A stretch of 64,000 nucleotides of DNA from Candidatus Moranbacteria bacterium RIFCSPHIGHO2_01_FULL_55_24 (lineage in GTDB: Bacteria > Patescibacteriota > Minisyncoccia > Moranbacterales > UBA1568). Shown piece after piece: positions 54,892 to 64,000 of the stretch. Every line of letters starts with the position of its first letter. Positions within the stretch are counted from its first letter, which is position 1. Made by a program: the position numbers and the translations under genes. The notes below the pieces were generated by a model. It made no database searches and had not been told where the DNA came from. It was given only the letters and a program-made list of their open reading frames with translations. The DNA is taken from NCBI GenBank assembly GCA_001786575.1, contig MFRW01000009.1, positions 24,979 to 88,978 of the forward strand, read 5' to 3'.

Positions 54892-55824
54892 TTAAAAGCC
54901 GACGTATTGCACTTCTTCCTTGAGCTGGATAGAGAACTCGTTCCGTACCCGGGTCTTCGCTATGCTCGCGAGCGTGATGATGTCTTCGGCGGTGGCGTTC
55001 CCGGTATTGATGAGGTAGTTCGGATGCTGGTTGCTGATCTTCGCTCCCCCGATCTGCTTGCCGCGCAGTCCCACACGATCGATGAGCCAGCCAGCCGGAA
55101 GCCGGCCGTTTTTCGACGGCATGCCGGAATCGCGCTCGAAGATCTCATGGAGAGACTTGTCTGTAACGATCGGATTCACGAAAAAGGATCCGGCCGAAGG
55201 GATGTCTTGGGGATGTTTCGCTTCGCGCTTCGCAAGCGTCTCGCGCATCGTCGCGAGAAGCGCGTCCGGATCGGCACCTTTCTTCAGGCGCAGGTCGGCC
55301 GAGAGAACCAAAAGGTGCGGGTACTTCTTGAAAATGCTCGTGCGATAGCCGAACTCGCAGTCGCTCTGCGAGAACTCCCGCAAAATGCCGCTTTTGAGAT
55401 CGATCGCTTTCACCTTCTCGACGATGTTCCCGATCTCGGTACCGAAAGCTCCGGCATTGCCGCGGACCGCGCCGCCGAATGATCCCGGGACGCCTGCCAG
55501 CCGTTCGATACCGGAAAGGCCGCGTTCCTGGGCCAGACTCACGACGTCCCCGAGCGGCACTCCGGCACCGGCATAGATCCTGTCGTTCTCCGCTTCTTTC
55601 CCTCCGCCGACCATATGGATGATGATTCCGGAAAATCCCTTATCGGAAAAAAGAATGTTGCTTCCGCCGCCAAAAATATACTCTTTCAGCTTGTTTTTCT
55701 CGGCGAACTCGCGCGCCTTCATAAGCGAAGTCGTGTCCGTTACCTGGACATAGTAACGAGCCGTTCCGCCGACTTTGAAAGTGGTGAGCGGTGCGAGAGG
55801 CACGTTTTCCTGTATCTTCTGCAT
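54892..55824 (-). CDS. murB: UDP-N-acetylenolpyruvoylglucosamine reductase
   Basis: FAD-binding domain (TTFKVGGTARY, GGGSNIL) and C-terminal MurB domain. Confidence 0.9.
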   Translation of the reverse strand: MQKIQENVPLAPLTTFKVGGTARYYVQVTDTTSLMKAREFAEKNKLKEYIFGGGSNILFSDKGFSGIIIHMVGGGKEAENDRIYAGAGVPLGDVVSLAQERGLSGIERLAGVPGSFGGAVRGNAGAFGTEIGNIVEKVKAIDLKSGILREFSQSDCEFGYRTSIFKKYPHLLVLSADLRLKKGADPDALLATMRETLAKREAKHPQDIPSAGSFFVNPIVTDKSLHEIFERDSGMPSKNGRLPAGWLIDRVGLRGKQIGGAKISNQHPNYLINTGNATAEDIITLASIAKTRVRNEFSIQLKEEVQYVGF

Positions 55825-55859
55825 GTTTTTGTTTTTTCCTCCTTAAGTACCTATGGCTT

Positions 55860-57278
55860 CTAGCTTTTTCTTGCGAGCTTGTGCGAGAGTTTCCAGACGT
55901 CTCCTGCCCCGAGCGTGACGACGAGGTCATTCTTCCCGAGACCGCTTTGGAATTCCTCAAGGAACGCTTCGCGATCATCCGGAATCATCTGCGCTTTTCC
56001 GGGGAAATAGCGATTGATCTTGTCGGCCAGGTCTTCCGAAGAGACTCCTCCCTGCTTCTCGCGCGCGCTGCCGTAAATCGGGAGAAGCCAGATCTGATCC
56101 GCATCATCGAAACTCTGTGCGAAGTCATCCAGAAGCGCCTTGGTGCGAGTGAACGTATGGGGATGAAAGAAGACTTTGAGCCTCCGTTTCGGATAAAGCG
56201 CCCGGAATGCCTGAAGCGTCGTCCGGATCTCTTCCGGGTGATGAGCATAATCATCATACACCAAAGCTCCGAAACGCTCACCCAAGTACTCGAAGCGGCG
56301 TTCCGTTCCTCTGAAGCGGGAGAGGGCTTTCTCCATCTTTTCGGTATTCTCTCGCAGTCCTGTAAGGAGCGCTATGACCGCCGTAGCATTCAGCGCGTTA
56401 TGACGGCCGGCGAGCTGGAGCGAGAACTCACCGAGTTCCGTGCCCGCGTGGTTTACGGTGAACGTCTGTGTGATGCCGTCTTGGGGCAGCACGCCTTCCG
56501 TGGCATGGACGACATTGTTCTGGATCAGGAAATCGGCGCCTTCCAGGAAACCGTAGGAAAATTTCTGACACTCGGCCTCGAGCGCCACATCTATGACATC
56601 CCGCGAATCAGAGCAGTAGACGAGGATGCCGTGGCGCGGAATCTTCATGACGAAGGCCTTGAAGACCTCCAGGTATGCTTCTTTCGTCTTGAAGAAATCC
56701 GGGTGGTCCCAATCGACGCTCGTGAGGATGACTCCGAACGGCGCATACTCCGCGAGCTTGTTCTGGTATTCGTCCGCTTCCAAGACCAGGTACTTGCCGC
56801 GGCCGGCCAGGGCCGAGCCGTTCCAGCTCACGATGCGGCTCCCGACGATCGCCGAAGGATCGGCTCCGATCGCCCGGAGGGTGTCGGCCAAGAGCGCGCT
56901 CGTGGTCGTCTTGCCATGAGTGCCGCAGACCGCGAGTGTCATCATCGTTTCGGTGAGCTTCCCGACTGCCTGCGGATAACTCATGACCGGAATCCCGAGC
57001 GTATGCGCATGGGCGAGTTCCGGGTTCTTTTCTTTGGAATACGCCGTAGAGTAGATGACGATATCGGTTTTTGCAGGGATATTCTTCGGATCGAAAGATT
57101 CGCGGTACTTGATCCCGAGCTTCTTGAGGAGAGCATCGGTATAGAACTTTTCCGGTACATCCGAACCGGTAATGTGCGCGCCGCGCAGGGTAAGGAGCTC
57201 TGCAAGCGCCGTCATTCCGGCGCCTTTGATGCCGATCATGTGGACGCGCGTATTGGGAGTAAAGACGGATGTTTCCAT
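55860..57278 (-). CDS. murC: UDP-N-acetylmuramate--L-alanine ligase
   Basis: Mur ligase motifs (IGIKGAGM, VCGTHGKTTTSAL). Confidence 0.93.
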   Translation of the reverse strand: METSVFTPNTRVHMIGIKGAGMTALAELLTLRGAHITGSDVPEKFYTDALLKKLGIKYRESFDPKNIPAKTDIVIYSTAYSKEKNPELAHAHTLGIPVMSYPQAVGKLTETMMTLAVCGTHGKTTTSALLADTLRAIGADPSAIVGSRIVSWNGSALAGRGKYLVLEADEYQNKLAEYAPFGVILTSVDWDHPDFFKTKEAYLEVFKAFVMKIPRHGILVYCSDSRDVIDVALEAECQKFSYGFLEGADFLIQNNVVHATEGVLPQDGITQTFTVNHAGTELGEFSLQLAGRHNALNATAVIALLTGLRENTEKMEKALSRFRGTERRFEYLGERFGALVYDDYAHHPEEIRTTLQAFRALYPKRRLKVFFHPHTFTRTKALLDDFAQSFDDADQIWLLPIYGSAREKQGGVSSEDLADKINRYFPGKAQMIPDDREAFLEEFQSGLGKNDLVVTLGAGDVWKLSHKLARKS

Positions 57279-57287
57279 AGGAGAGGC

Positions 57288-58412
57288 TTAGGCTGCGATA
57301 AGAGCTTCCAATCCGTCCGCGATCGCCTGGGCCGCGTCCGGATGATAGAATGCTCCGATGCTTTTTCCGAGAGCTTCGCGTTTGGCAGGATCTGCGAAGA
57401 GCTCTTCGAGAGTGCGGAGCAGGATATGCTCCCCGAGGTTCGGCTCTTCGATGACCACCGCGCCTCCGATGTGGGCGATCTCGTAGGCATTCAGGCGCTG
57501 CTCGTCATTCGCCGCACTTCCGAGCGGAACGAGGATAGCCGGTTTCTGATGGGCGGCGATTTCCGCGATCGATCCGGCACCGGCCCGGGAAAGAACGACG
57601 GTAGCAAGTTCGTAGGCATCCGCGAGCTCGGTTCCGGAGAAGAAGGCTTGCGGCCGATAGCCGCTCCCCTCGGGATCGATGCCGGCGTCCCGGACAGCTT
57701 GGATGATCGCTTCGTGGTTCTCTATGCCGGTCTGATGCAATACCTGGATGCCTCGTTCGAGAAGCTCCGGGAGGATGCGGAGCAGGGCTTCGTTCAAAGT
57801 GCGGGCACCGAGGCTTCCCCCGATAATGAGGAGCGTCGGTTTCTCGGCTGACAGACGGAAAAGACCCGCCCCTCTCGCTTTGTCGCCGGCAAGCACTTCT
57901 TCGCGCACCGGATTTCCTGTCAGCGCCGTCTTCTTCTCATCGAAGAAACTCCGCGCGCTCGGGTAGGCGATCGCAATACGCGAAGCGAAACGTCCCAGGA
58001 AGCGGTTGGCATAGCCGGCTGTGGCATCCGAATCGTGGATGAGTACCGGAATGCGGTAGAAGCGTGCCGCGAGAACTACCGGCACGGAAGCGGAACCGCC
58101 TTTGGAGAAGACGGCATCCGGCATGAACCGGAAGAGATACCAGAGGCTCTGGAAAAATCCGAGCGGGATCTTGAACGGATCCACGAAATTCTGAAGCGAG
58201 AAGTAGCGGCGCCACTTGCCGGTCATTACGTACTTCGCCGGGATGCCATACTCGTCCATGATCCCCGCACCGAACTTGCCCTTAGGGCCGATGAAGAGGA
58301 ACTCGTACTCGCCCGGGCGGCGCTTGGCGAGGGTCTCGGCCACCGCAAGCAGCGGGAAGGTATGCCCTCCGGAAACTCCGCCTGTCAAAACTATCCGATA
58401 TCCTTTCTGCAT
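57288..58412 (-). CDS. murG: undecaprenyldiphospho-muramoylpentapeptide beta-N-acetylglucosaminyltransferase
   Basis: GT28 N-terminal GGTGGH-like loop (TGGVSGGHTFP) and C-terminal UDP-GlcNAc binding domain. Confidence 0.9.
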   Translation of the reverse strand: MQKGYRIVLTGGVSGGHTFPLLAVAETLAKRRPGEYEFLFIGPKGKFGAGIMDEYGIPAKYVMTGKWRRYFSLQNFVDPFKIPLGFFQSLWYLFRFMPDAVFSKGGSASVPVVLAARFYRIPVLIHDSDATAGYANRFLGRFASRIAIAYPSARSFFDEKKTALTGNPVREEVLAGDKARGAGLFRLSAEKPTLLIIGGSLGARTLNEALLRILPELLERGIQVLHQTGIENHEAIIQAVRDAGIDPEGSGYRPQAFFSGTELADAYELATVVLSRAGAGSIAEIAAHQKPAILVPLGSAANDEQRLNAYEIAHIGGAVVIEEPNLGEHILLRTLEELFADPAKREALGKSIGAFYHPDAAQAIADGLEALIAA

Positions 58413-58450
58413 ATCCAGATTCGCGAGAAAAAGCTTGAAACAAGGAATGA

Positions 58451-59608
58451 TTACCCCTTCAGTCTAGAGTGTTTGCTTATGTTCAGCAAGATTCCGATAG
58501 AAGCCAGAAGCACGGCGAGAGAGGTGCCTCCGTAACTGATGAGCGGAAGCGGAACTCCGGTCAGCGGAATGAGCCCCGAGATGGCCGAGATATTGATGAA
58601 CGCCTGCCCGACGATCCAGGCGACGATACCCACCGCCAAGAGCCGGCCGAAATCGTCCGGAGCGGCCTTGGCCGCGCGCAGTCCCCGCCACATGACGAAG
58701 AGGAACAGTCCGATGACGATAACGCCTCCCATGAGGCCGAACTCTTCTCCCAAAACGGCGAAGATGGAGTCTGTCACCGGCTCCGGCAGGTAGTTGAATT
58801 TCTGGCGGCTCTGTCCGAGACCGATTCCGAAAATTCCTCCTGATCCGAGCGCGAGGAGCGCTTGGGTGATCTGATAGCCGGATCCTTGCGGATCATGGTC
58901 GGGATTGAGGAAAACGAGAAAGCGCTGCATGCGATACGGGGCTATCTTGATAAGAAGCGCAAGAAACAGGAATCCGGCTCCGAAGAGTATGCCGATGTGT
59001 CCCAGGCGCGCGCCGGAAGCGAAGAAGATGGCGATCGAGATGAGGAAGATCAGGCCGAGCGTTCCGGTGTCCGGCTGCTTGATGATGAGGAAACCGACGA
59101 TGGAAAGCAGAAAAAGGAACGGGACGAATCCTTCGAAGAAGTCCGCCGCCTTGTCCCGGCCTCTGCTCGAAAGCCAGGCCGCGAGATAGAGGATAATGGA
59201 AAGCTTCATCACTTCCGACGGCTGGAAGGAGACAGGGCCGAGCTGTACCCAGCGGGCCGCACCGTAAACCGTCGTGCCGATCCCCGGGATGAAGACGAGA
59301 ACCAAAAGCGCGAGCGCAATGATGAATACCGGTACCACGAAGCGCTCCCAGATGCGGTAGTCGATCTTCTGGAAGATGAAGAGGAAGAAGAGACCGACGC
59401 CGAGACCTAAGAGCTGCTGCTTCAGGAAGTAGTATTCATCCCCGAAGCGCGCTTCTCCATAGAAGACGCCGGCGCTCGCGATCATAAGAAGACCGATCCC
59501 AAGGAGCGCCAGGATAGCCAGGAAGAGACTCTTATCGAATTGGGGTTTCCACGCAAACATCGATTCGGAACTATTTAGGTATTTTTTTTGGAATGCTCTT
59601 TGCGCCAC
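58451..59608 (-). CDS. ftsW: SEDS-family peptidoglycan glycosyltransferase (FtsW-like)
   Basis: Ten-TM SEDS protein upstream of murG. The track start 59608 overlaps trmD by 34 nt. ATG 59560 (MFAWKP...) is an alternative start. Confidence 0.8.
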   Translation of the reverse strand: MAQRAFQKKYLNSSESMFAWKPQFDKSLFLAILALLGIGLLMIASAGVFYGEARFGDEYYFLKQQLLGLGVGLFFLFIFQKIDYRIWERFVVPVFIIALALLVLVFIPGIGTTVYGAARWVQLGPVSFQPSEVMKLSIILYLAAWLSSRGRDKAADFFEGFVPFLFLLSIVGFLIIKQPDTGTLGLIFLISIAIFFASGARLGHIGILFGAGFLFLALLIKIAPYRMQRFLVFLNPDHDPQGSGYQITQALLALGSGGIFGIGLGQSRQKFNYLPEPVTDSIFAVLGEEFGLMGGVIVIGLFLFVMWRGLRAAKAAPDDFGRLLAVGIVAWIVGQAFINISAISGLIPLTGVPLPLISYGGTSLAVLLASIGILLNISKHSRLKG

Positions 59609-60234
59609 TTGGCAATCGCTTCGTGGTTCCCCGAGAGGAGTGTTTCAGGCACTTTGAAATCGCGGAAGACTTCCGGCTTGGTGTACTGCGGGTACTCCAA
59701 AACCCCGCTTTCGCTATGGGACTCTTCCACGATGCTCTCGATGTTCCCGAGTACTCCGGGAAGCAGCCGCGAGACGGAATCTGCGACCACAAGCGCGGCG
59801 ATCTCTCCGCCGGTGAGGACATATTCGCCGATCGATACTTCCTCGTCTACGAAGTGTTCGGAAACGCGCTCATCGACGCCCTCGTAGCGGCCGCACACGA
59901 GAATGAGGCGTTCGTAGGTTTCCGAAAACTCTCTGGCTTTCGCTTGCGTATAGAGAGAGCCTTTGGCGGCGAAAAGGATGGTCCGCGTCTTGAGATCGGG
60001 AGCCAGGCTTTTTACGTGTTCGATCGCAAGCGCCACCGGCTCGGCCTTGAGTACCATGCCGGCACCGCCACCATAAGGGGTATCGTCTACCGTCTTGTGC
60101 TTGTCAAAAGCGAAGTCTCGCAACTGATGGAAGCGGACTTCGATCTGGTTTTCCTGGCGCGCCTTCTTCAGGATAGATGCTTCGAAATACGGCGAAATAC
60201 TTTCCGGAAATAGAGTGATGATATCGAAACGCAT
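59575..60234 (-). CDS. trmD: tRNA (guanine37-N1)-methyltransferase
   Basis: SPOUT-class TrmD motifs (DIITLFPE, TPYGGGAGMV, LVCGRYEGVDERV). Confidence 0.93.
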   Translation of the reverse strand: MRFDIITLFPESISPYFEASILKKARQENQIEVRFHQLRDFAFDKHKTVDDTPYGGGAGMVLKAEPVALAIEHVKSLAPDLKTRTILFAAKGSLYTQAKAREFSETYERLILVCGRYEGVDERVSEHFVDEEVSIGEYVLTGGEIAALVVADSVSRLLPGVLGNIESIVEESHSESGVLEYPQYTKPEVFRDFKVPETLLSGNHEAIAKWRKEHSKKNT

Positions 60235-60278
60235 GCGGCCTTCGCTTAAAAACTTATAATCAAGACAAACTCTTCGCT

Positions 60279-60287
60279 ATTCTAGCA
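60279..60287 (-). promoter_or_regulatory. extended -10 TGcTAGAAT upstream of trmD
   Basis: No good -35. Lies between a terminator hairpin and trmD. Confidence 0.35.
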
Positions 60288-60297
60288 CATTTTGGAG

Positions 60298-60326
60298 ACA
60301 AAAAAGCCCTCAATCGAGGGCCTTTT
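60298..60326. terminator. bidirectional terminator after the DUF4012 gene
   Basis: acaaaaaa-gccctc-aatc-gagggc-cttttg. Confidence 0.6.
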
Positions 60327-60349
60327 GCACATGCGCGTTTTCTTCCAAC

Positions 60350-61723
60350 CTACTCGACTCGGCTTAGCACCGTATCGCGGCTCATTTCGAATGAATGCTC
60401 CTCACGGGAACCGTCACTCTTGATGACAATGACTTTGACCGGCACATCCTTCATGCCGGGCTGTTTTTGTATTTTCAGGTCATACCAGTGCCGCTCCATA
60501 TTCTGCGGCAGTATGTAGCGATACTCGAGCGTCTTTTCGCTTCCGAGCGGTACTTGGACGATCGTTCCGGCGTACTTCCGGCCCAGTTCTTCTCCGTACA
60601 CGACCGGGTGCGACAGATTGGAAATGCTCTCGATGTAGCTCCCCTTCGGGACATATACCCGGGTGTAGCCCTGGTAGTCCTTGGTCAGATAGCTCTTCTC
60701 CTTGGCAGTATGGCGGTAGGTGATGCGGAGGAGCGCTTCCGGTTTCTCTTTCGAAAGGTCGACGGTATACTCGTACGCGCGCTCCATGTAGAGGTCGCTC
60801 TTGAACGCATTCATGTTGGAGTCGACGACGAAAAGATAATCATCCTTCCACTCCTGATCGAAGCGTCCGTCCCAGCCGGCTTTCTCCACTTGGGCCTGGA
60901 GGGCTTCATCGCGGAAGAGAATCTGGATGTCCTTCCGGTGAAGGTCGGCCAGGAGCACCTTGAAAAGCTCGTATTTCTTGTGAATCGGCAGATCTTTGGC
61001 CCGGCTCATGATCTGGCCGGCAATGAGTCCCATGATCGATTTGCGCTCGCCGAACGGGATGTTCTGCTTCACATAGTCCTGCTCCACCTGGTATTCCAGG
61101 TCGAGAATCGCGTTCTCCGAGCCGTAGGTTCCTGGGTACCCCTCGATTTCCACCGGTCCGGTGATCTCGAGGAACGAGGCCAGCACATGCGTGGTGATCG
61201 CAATCACTCCGTCGAATCGCTCCTCGCCCTTCCCCATATGATAGAAGTCCTCTGCCTGGTTGGCATTCGTCGGAAAATCCGGCGAAAAATTCGAGTCGCG
61301 AAGCTTCCAGCTCTTGACCCCGAGCGTTTCCTTCATGGGGTAAGGAGCAGGTACCGTGTCCGGGATGCGTCCGTCGAAGTTGATCGTGTCGTGGACTTGG
61401 AGCGATGTCGGATCGCCATCCTTTATCTTGAGGATCCCGAAAGACCCGATAAAGCCGCCACCGGGCCGCAGCTCCATATCGTTCTGGAAAAGGATGAGGA
61501 AACTTTTCTCCTCACCGCCGGTATCCATGAGAGCTTGAGCAAGTGTCACGACTGTGTCCAGATCGGTCTTCGTCTCTTCCTTAGCAGGCAGCCATCCGAG
61601 GAGCGTCCGCAGGCTTTCCAGGCCGCCGCGCTTCAATTCCCAGAATACGAACCAGCCGGAAAGGAACACCATCGAAATGATGACGAAGGCGATCCAAAAT
61701 CCCTTTGAGCGCTGTTGAGACAT
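60350..61723 (-). CDS. DUF4012 domain membrane-anchored protein
   Basis: N-terminal TM anchor. Hallmark DUF4012 stretch FLILFQNDMELRPGGGFIGSFG. Confidence 0.7.
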   Translation of the reverse strand: MSQQRSKGFWIAFVIISMVFLSGWFVFWELKRGGLESLRTLLGWLPAKEETKTDLDTVVTLAQALMDTGGEEKSFLILFQNDMELRPGGGFIGSFGILKIKDGDPTSLQVHDTINFDGRIPDTVPAPYPMKETLGVKSWKLRDSNFSPDFPTNANQAEDFYHMGKGEERFDGVIAITTHVLASFLEITGPVEIEGYPGTYGSENAILDLEYQVEQDYVKQNIPFGERKSIMGLIAGQIMSRAKDLPIHKKYELFKVLLADLHRKDIQILFRDEALQAQVEKAGWDGRFDQEWKDDYLFVVDSNMNAFKSDLYMERAYEYTVDLSKEKPEALLRITYRHTAKEKSYLTKDYQGYTRVYVPKGSYIESISNLSHPVVYGEELGRKYAGTIVQVPLGSEKTLEYRYILPQNMERHWYDLKIQKQPGMKDVPVKVIVIKSDGSREEHSFEMSRDTVLSRVE

Positions 61724-61750
61724 AATGGTTCCGTTACGAATGAATTAGAT

Positions 61751-62773
61751 TCACTTGATCGGATTGCCGCGAAGCAATTCGTTGAGTCTCCGTTTGTATT
61801 CTTCGATCGTCGGCTCGCTCACGTCTTTCTTATAGAGTTGGTCCGGGCCGATGGCCGGCTCCGGGGCCGTTTCCGGTTCTTCTTCGCTTTCCGGTTCTTC
61901 CGAAGAGGGCTCTCCGCTTGCGAACATGGAACTCCAGGCTTCTTCGTCGAGTATCGGCAGATTGCTCGGTGCGGACGATTTCTTCTGGAAACTCACTCTC
62001 GGTCCCGCAGCCTGCGGTAGAGCGCCTTCGGTGTTTTCGAACGAGAGACCTGCCGGCCTTACCGGAACGAACTTGTCGGGATTGATCCAGGGCACGCTCT
62101 CTCCTACCGGGAGCTTTCCTTCGCTCTTTTTCGGAAGCGCCTCTTTATACACCGGGACGAACTCGCTTTGAGGACCGCGCCGCGGAGCAGCACCTCCGAG
62201 GAAAGACAGGATTCCGAAGAAAATACTCGTTACCGCCAGAGAGGTAACGAATGCTACCGCTGCCAAGAGCGCTGGCTGCGCTATTTTCGGCCCGGTAATC
62301 GGTCCGTCGATCACGCGCACTTTCACGTCCTTTTCTATATCATAATACAGGCTCGCGGTCTGAAGCAGGGCTTTGAGCACCGCCTTCGAGAGATCCTGGG
62401 CATCGGCCGCATTCGATTGGGAGACCGTCAAGCGGAGCGTGCTTCCTTCCGAGCCGCTCTCGGAACGCATGACGCTTTGCCAGTAGTCTTTGCGCTTGTC
62501 CAGCTGCTTTCCGGCGGCCGGGTCATCAAGCGTTTCGTCCTGCTCCAAAACACGATTGTAGAACGAGAGGGTTTCGGCGATATCCGCAAGCGATCCGGCG
62601 ACCTCTCTTGTTTCCTGGCTCCCGTTCCCTACGAAGAGCAGCGTGGTTTCGGACTCGTAGACCCGGAAAAAATCCAGCCAGAAGAGGAACGCTGCGAGCG
62701 TCACGAAAAAGAGCGTGACGAGATATGTCCGCCCCCATGAGCTTTGGAAAAATTGTTTACTTCGTACGAGCAT
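61751..62773 (-). CDS. Wzz-like (chain-length-determinant topology) envelope protein
   Basis: Two TM segments flank a roughly 190-aa extracytoplasmic domain, followed by a Pro/Glu/Ser-rich C-terminal tail. ATG 62773 preferred. Confidence 0.45.
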   Translation of the reverse strand: MLVRSKQFFQSSWGRTYLVTLFFVTLAAFLFWLDFFRVYESETTLLFVGNGSQETREVAGSLADIAETLSFYNRVLEQDETLDDPAAGKQLDKRKDYWQSVMRSESGSEGSTLRLTVSQSNAADAQDLSKAVLKALLQTASLYYDIEKDVKVRVIDGPITGPKIAQPALLAAVAFVTSLAVTSIFFGILSFLGGAAPRRGPQSEFVPVYKEALPKKSEGKLPVGESVPWINPDKFVPVRPAGLSFENTEGALPQAAGPRVSFQKKSSAPSNLPILDEEAWSSMFASGEPSSEEPESEEEPETAPEPAIGPDQLYKKDVSEPTIEEYKRRLNELLRGNPIK

Positions 62774-63929
62774 GGACGTAGTTTCCTTTTGCGGAGTAAG
62801 CGTGGATCGTCTCTTCATATACCTCGAGCGTGCGCCGAGCGATAGCATCCCAGCTATAGCACTTTTCTGCGCGCTCCTTGGCGACGTGAGCGATCATCTT
62901 CGCCTCTTCGGGCCGATTGATATAAAAAGCCAGTTTCTCTTTCAGGTCTTCGACATCTTTGTTGCGGAAGGACACACCGGCACCGTTCTGGATAGCTTCC
63001 AGATTGGCCGGAATATCGCTCACTATCGCCAGGCGTTCCGAAGCCATAGCTTCGAGGAGCGCGAGCGAGAGCCCTTCGTCTTCTGACGGCTGGACGAACA
63101 AAGCAGCGTGCGAGAAGAGCGCATCCAGATCGGAACCGCTCTGCTCGCCGAGAAAAACGATGTTCGGACATCCTACGCTTATGGTTTCCAGATACTCGGC
63201 ATACTCGGAAGTATTCGCCGGGCTTCCGACGATCGCCAGTTTGAAGTTGTTCGGGATCTTGCTCTTCTCTTCGAGTTCCCGGAATGCCTTGATGAGGTAG
63301 TGGATGCCCTTATGGCGCACCAGGCGGCTCACCGAAAGCGCGTAGCGTCCCGGCCGGAGTCCCCACTGGGAAAGGCTTCGCGTATCCGTCTCGATGCGCA
63401 CTTCGGCGCCGTTCGGAATGAATGAGAAATCCTTCTTATACGTTTCTGTCGCGTATTTCTGGAGCGTTTCACTGATGACGATGGTCTTTTCCGGTACCAT
63501 GCAGGTGAAGCATTCCGCGATGCGCAGGCACAGACGCGCAAAAGCGTTCCACTTCTGATGGAAGTAATCCCGGCTATGGAACGTCGCGATGACCCGGGCG
63601 CTCGGCTTGAGCAAGCGCGGCAGGATCGAAAGGACGCTCGGGCCGATCGAGTGGTAATGGATCACTGCATAGTGCTCGAAGAAAATCGCATGGAGCGTCG
63701 CCGTAAGCGAATGCGTAATAGCCTCCAAATGCTTCGTATGAAGCGCAGGAGTATGCACGAGCCGTACGCCCATGTATTCGGTCAGGCGCGGATCGGTATA
63801 GGTGTCGCGCACGTATACCGTCACCTCGTGCCCGAGAGCCGCCAAGCGCACCGCGATATTCTCGACGTGCTTCTCGACGCCTCCGGAAACCGCAGGAATC
63901 CCTTTTTGTCCGATGAATGCGATTTTCAT
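62757..63929 (-). CDS. GT4-family glycosyltransferase
   Basis: GT-B fold with the EX7E-type C-terminal motif (EDEGLSLALLEAMAS). Confidence 0.8.
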   Translation of the reverse strand: MKIAFIGQKGIPAVSGGVEKHVENIAVRLAALGHEVTVYVRDTYTDPRLTEYMGVRLVHTPALHTKHLEAITHSLTATLHAIFFEHYAVIHYHSIGPSVLSILPRLLKPSARVIATFHSRDYFHQKWNAFARLCLRIAECFTCMVPEKTIVISETLQKYATETYKKDFSFIPNGAEVRIETDTRSLSQWGLRPGRYALSVSRLVRHKGIHYLIKAFRELEEKSKIPNNFKLAIVGSPANTSEYAEYLETISVGCPNIVFLGEQSGSDLDALFSHAALFVQPSEDEGLSLALLEAMASERLAIVSDIPANLEAIQNGAGVSFRNKDVEDLKEKLAFYINRPEEAKMIAHVAKERAEKCYSWDAIARRTLEVYEETIHAYSAKGNYVHARTK

Positions 63930-64000
63930 ACGCTTCTTCTTAATGCTCTCCCTCCCCCTCCGAAAGAATGTACGACCAAGAGATTTAGTTCCCCCGGCCG

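Noticed and set aside
1-64000. CRISPR arrays, transposases, integrases, restriction-modification genes.
   Set aside because: No regularly spaced direct repeats and no IS or integrase-like ORFs were seen anywhere in the window.

Overview
This 64 kb window of high-GC (visibly above 55%) bacterial chromosome is densely packed with short housekeeping genes, frequent start/stop overlaps and many SD-less genes behind extended -10 (TGn-TATAAT/TATACT) promoters. That style is consistent with a reduced-genome lineage such as Candidate Phyla Radiation / Patescibacteria. Recognisable content:
- Translation: prfB with the classical +1 programmed frameshift, cysS, a short alaS lacking the C-Ala domain, rplU, rpmA, rplI, trmD, queA, hpf.
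- Heat-shock operon hrcA-grpE-dnaK, with a CIRCE operator overlapping a consensus promoter.
- Replication and repair: dnaB, recR, scpA, scpB, a Cas4-like PD-(D/E)XK nuclease, a Cys-less alkyltransferase-like (ATL) protein, NUDIX.
- Cell wall and division: ftsE, ftsX, ftsA, ftsW-murG-murC-murB, mraY, a PBP5-like carboxypeptidase, an M23 peptidase, secA.
- Glycolysis: eno, pgk.
- Three tRNAs: Gln-CUG, Thr-CGU, Ala-CGC.
- pyrG, a CorA-family channel with a degenerate GMN motif, a GGDEF cyclase, a DsbA-like protein with two thioredoxin folds, and a DUF4012 / Wzz-like / GT4 envelope-polysaccharide cluster.
Items worth a second look:
1. An FtsA-family gene followed not by ftsZ but by a 659-aa bitopic protein and an 89-aa coiled-coil protein.
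2. Strongly AT-rich islets (about 19.2-21.76 kb, and 50.37-50.89 kb next to tRNA-Ala) carrying DUF3467 and unknown membrane or small proteins.
3. Several SD-preceded small ORFs below the ORF-track length cutoff.
4. A recurring GGGAGTC/GACTCCC terminator-hairpin motif.
5. Two roughly 0.5 kb gaps with no confident gene.
No CRISPR array, transposase or integrase was seen.
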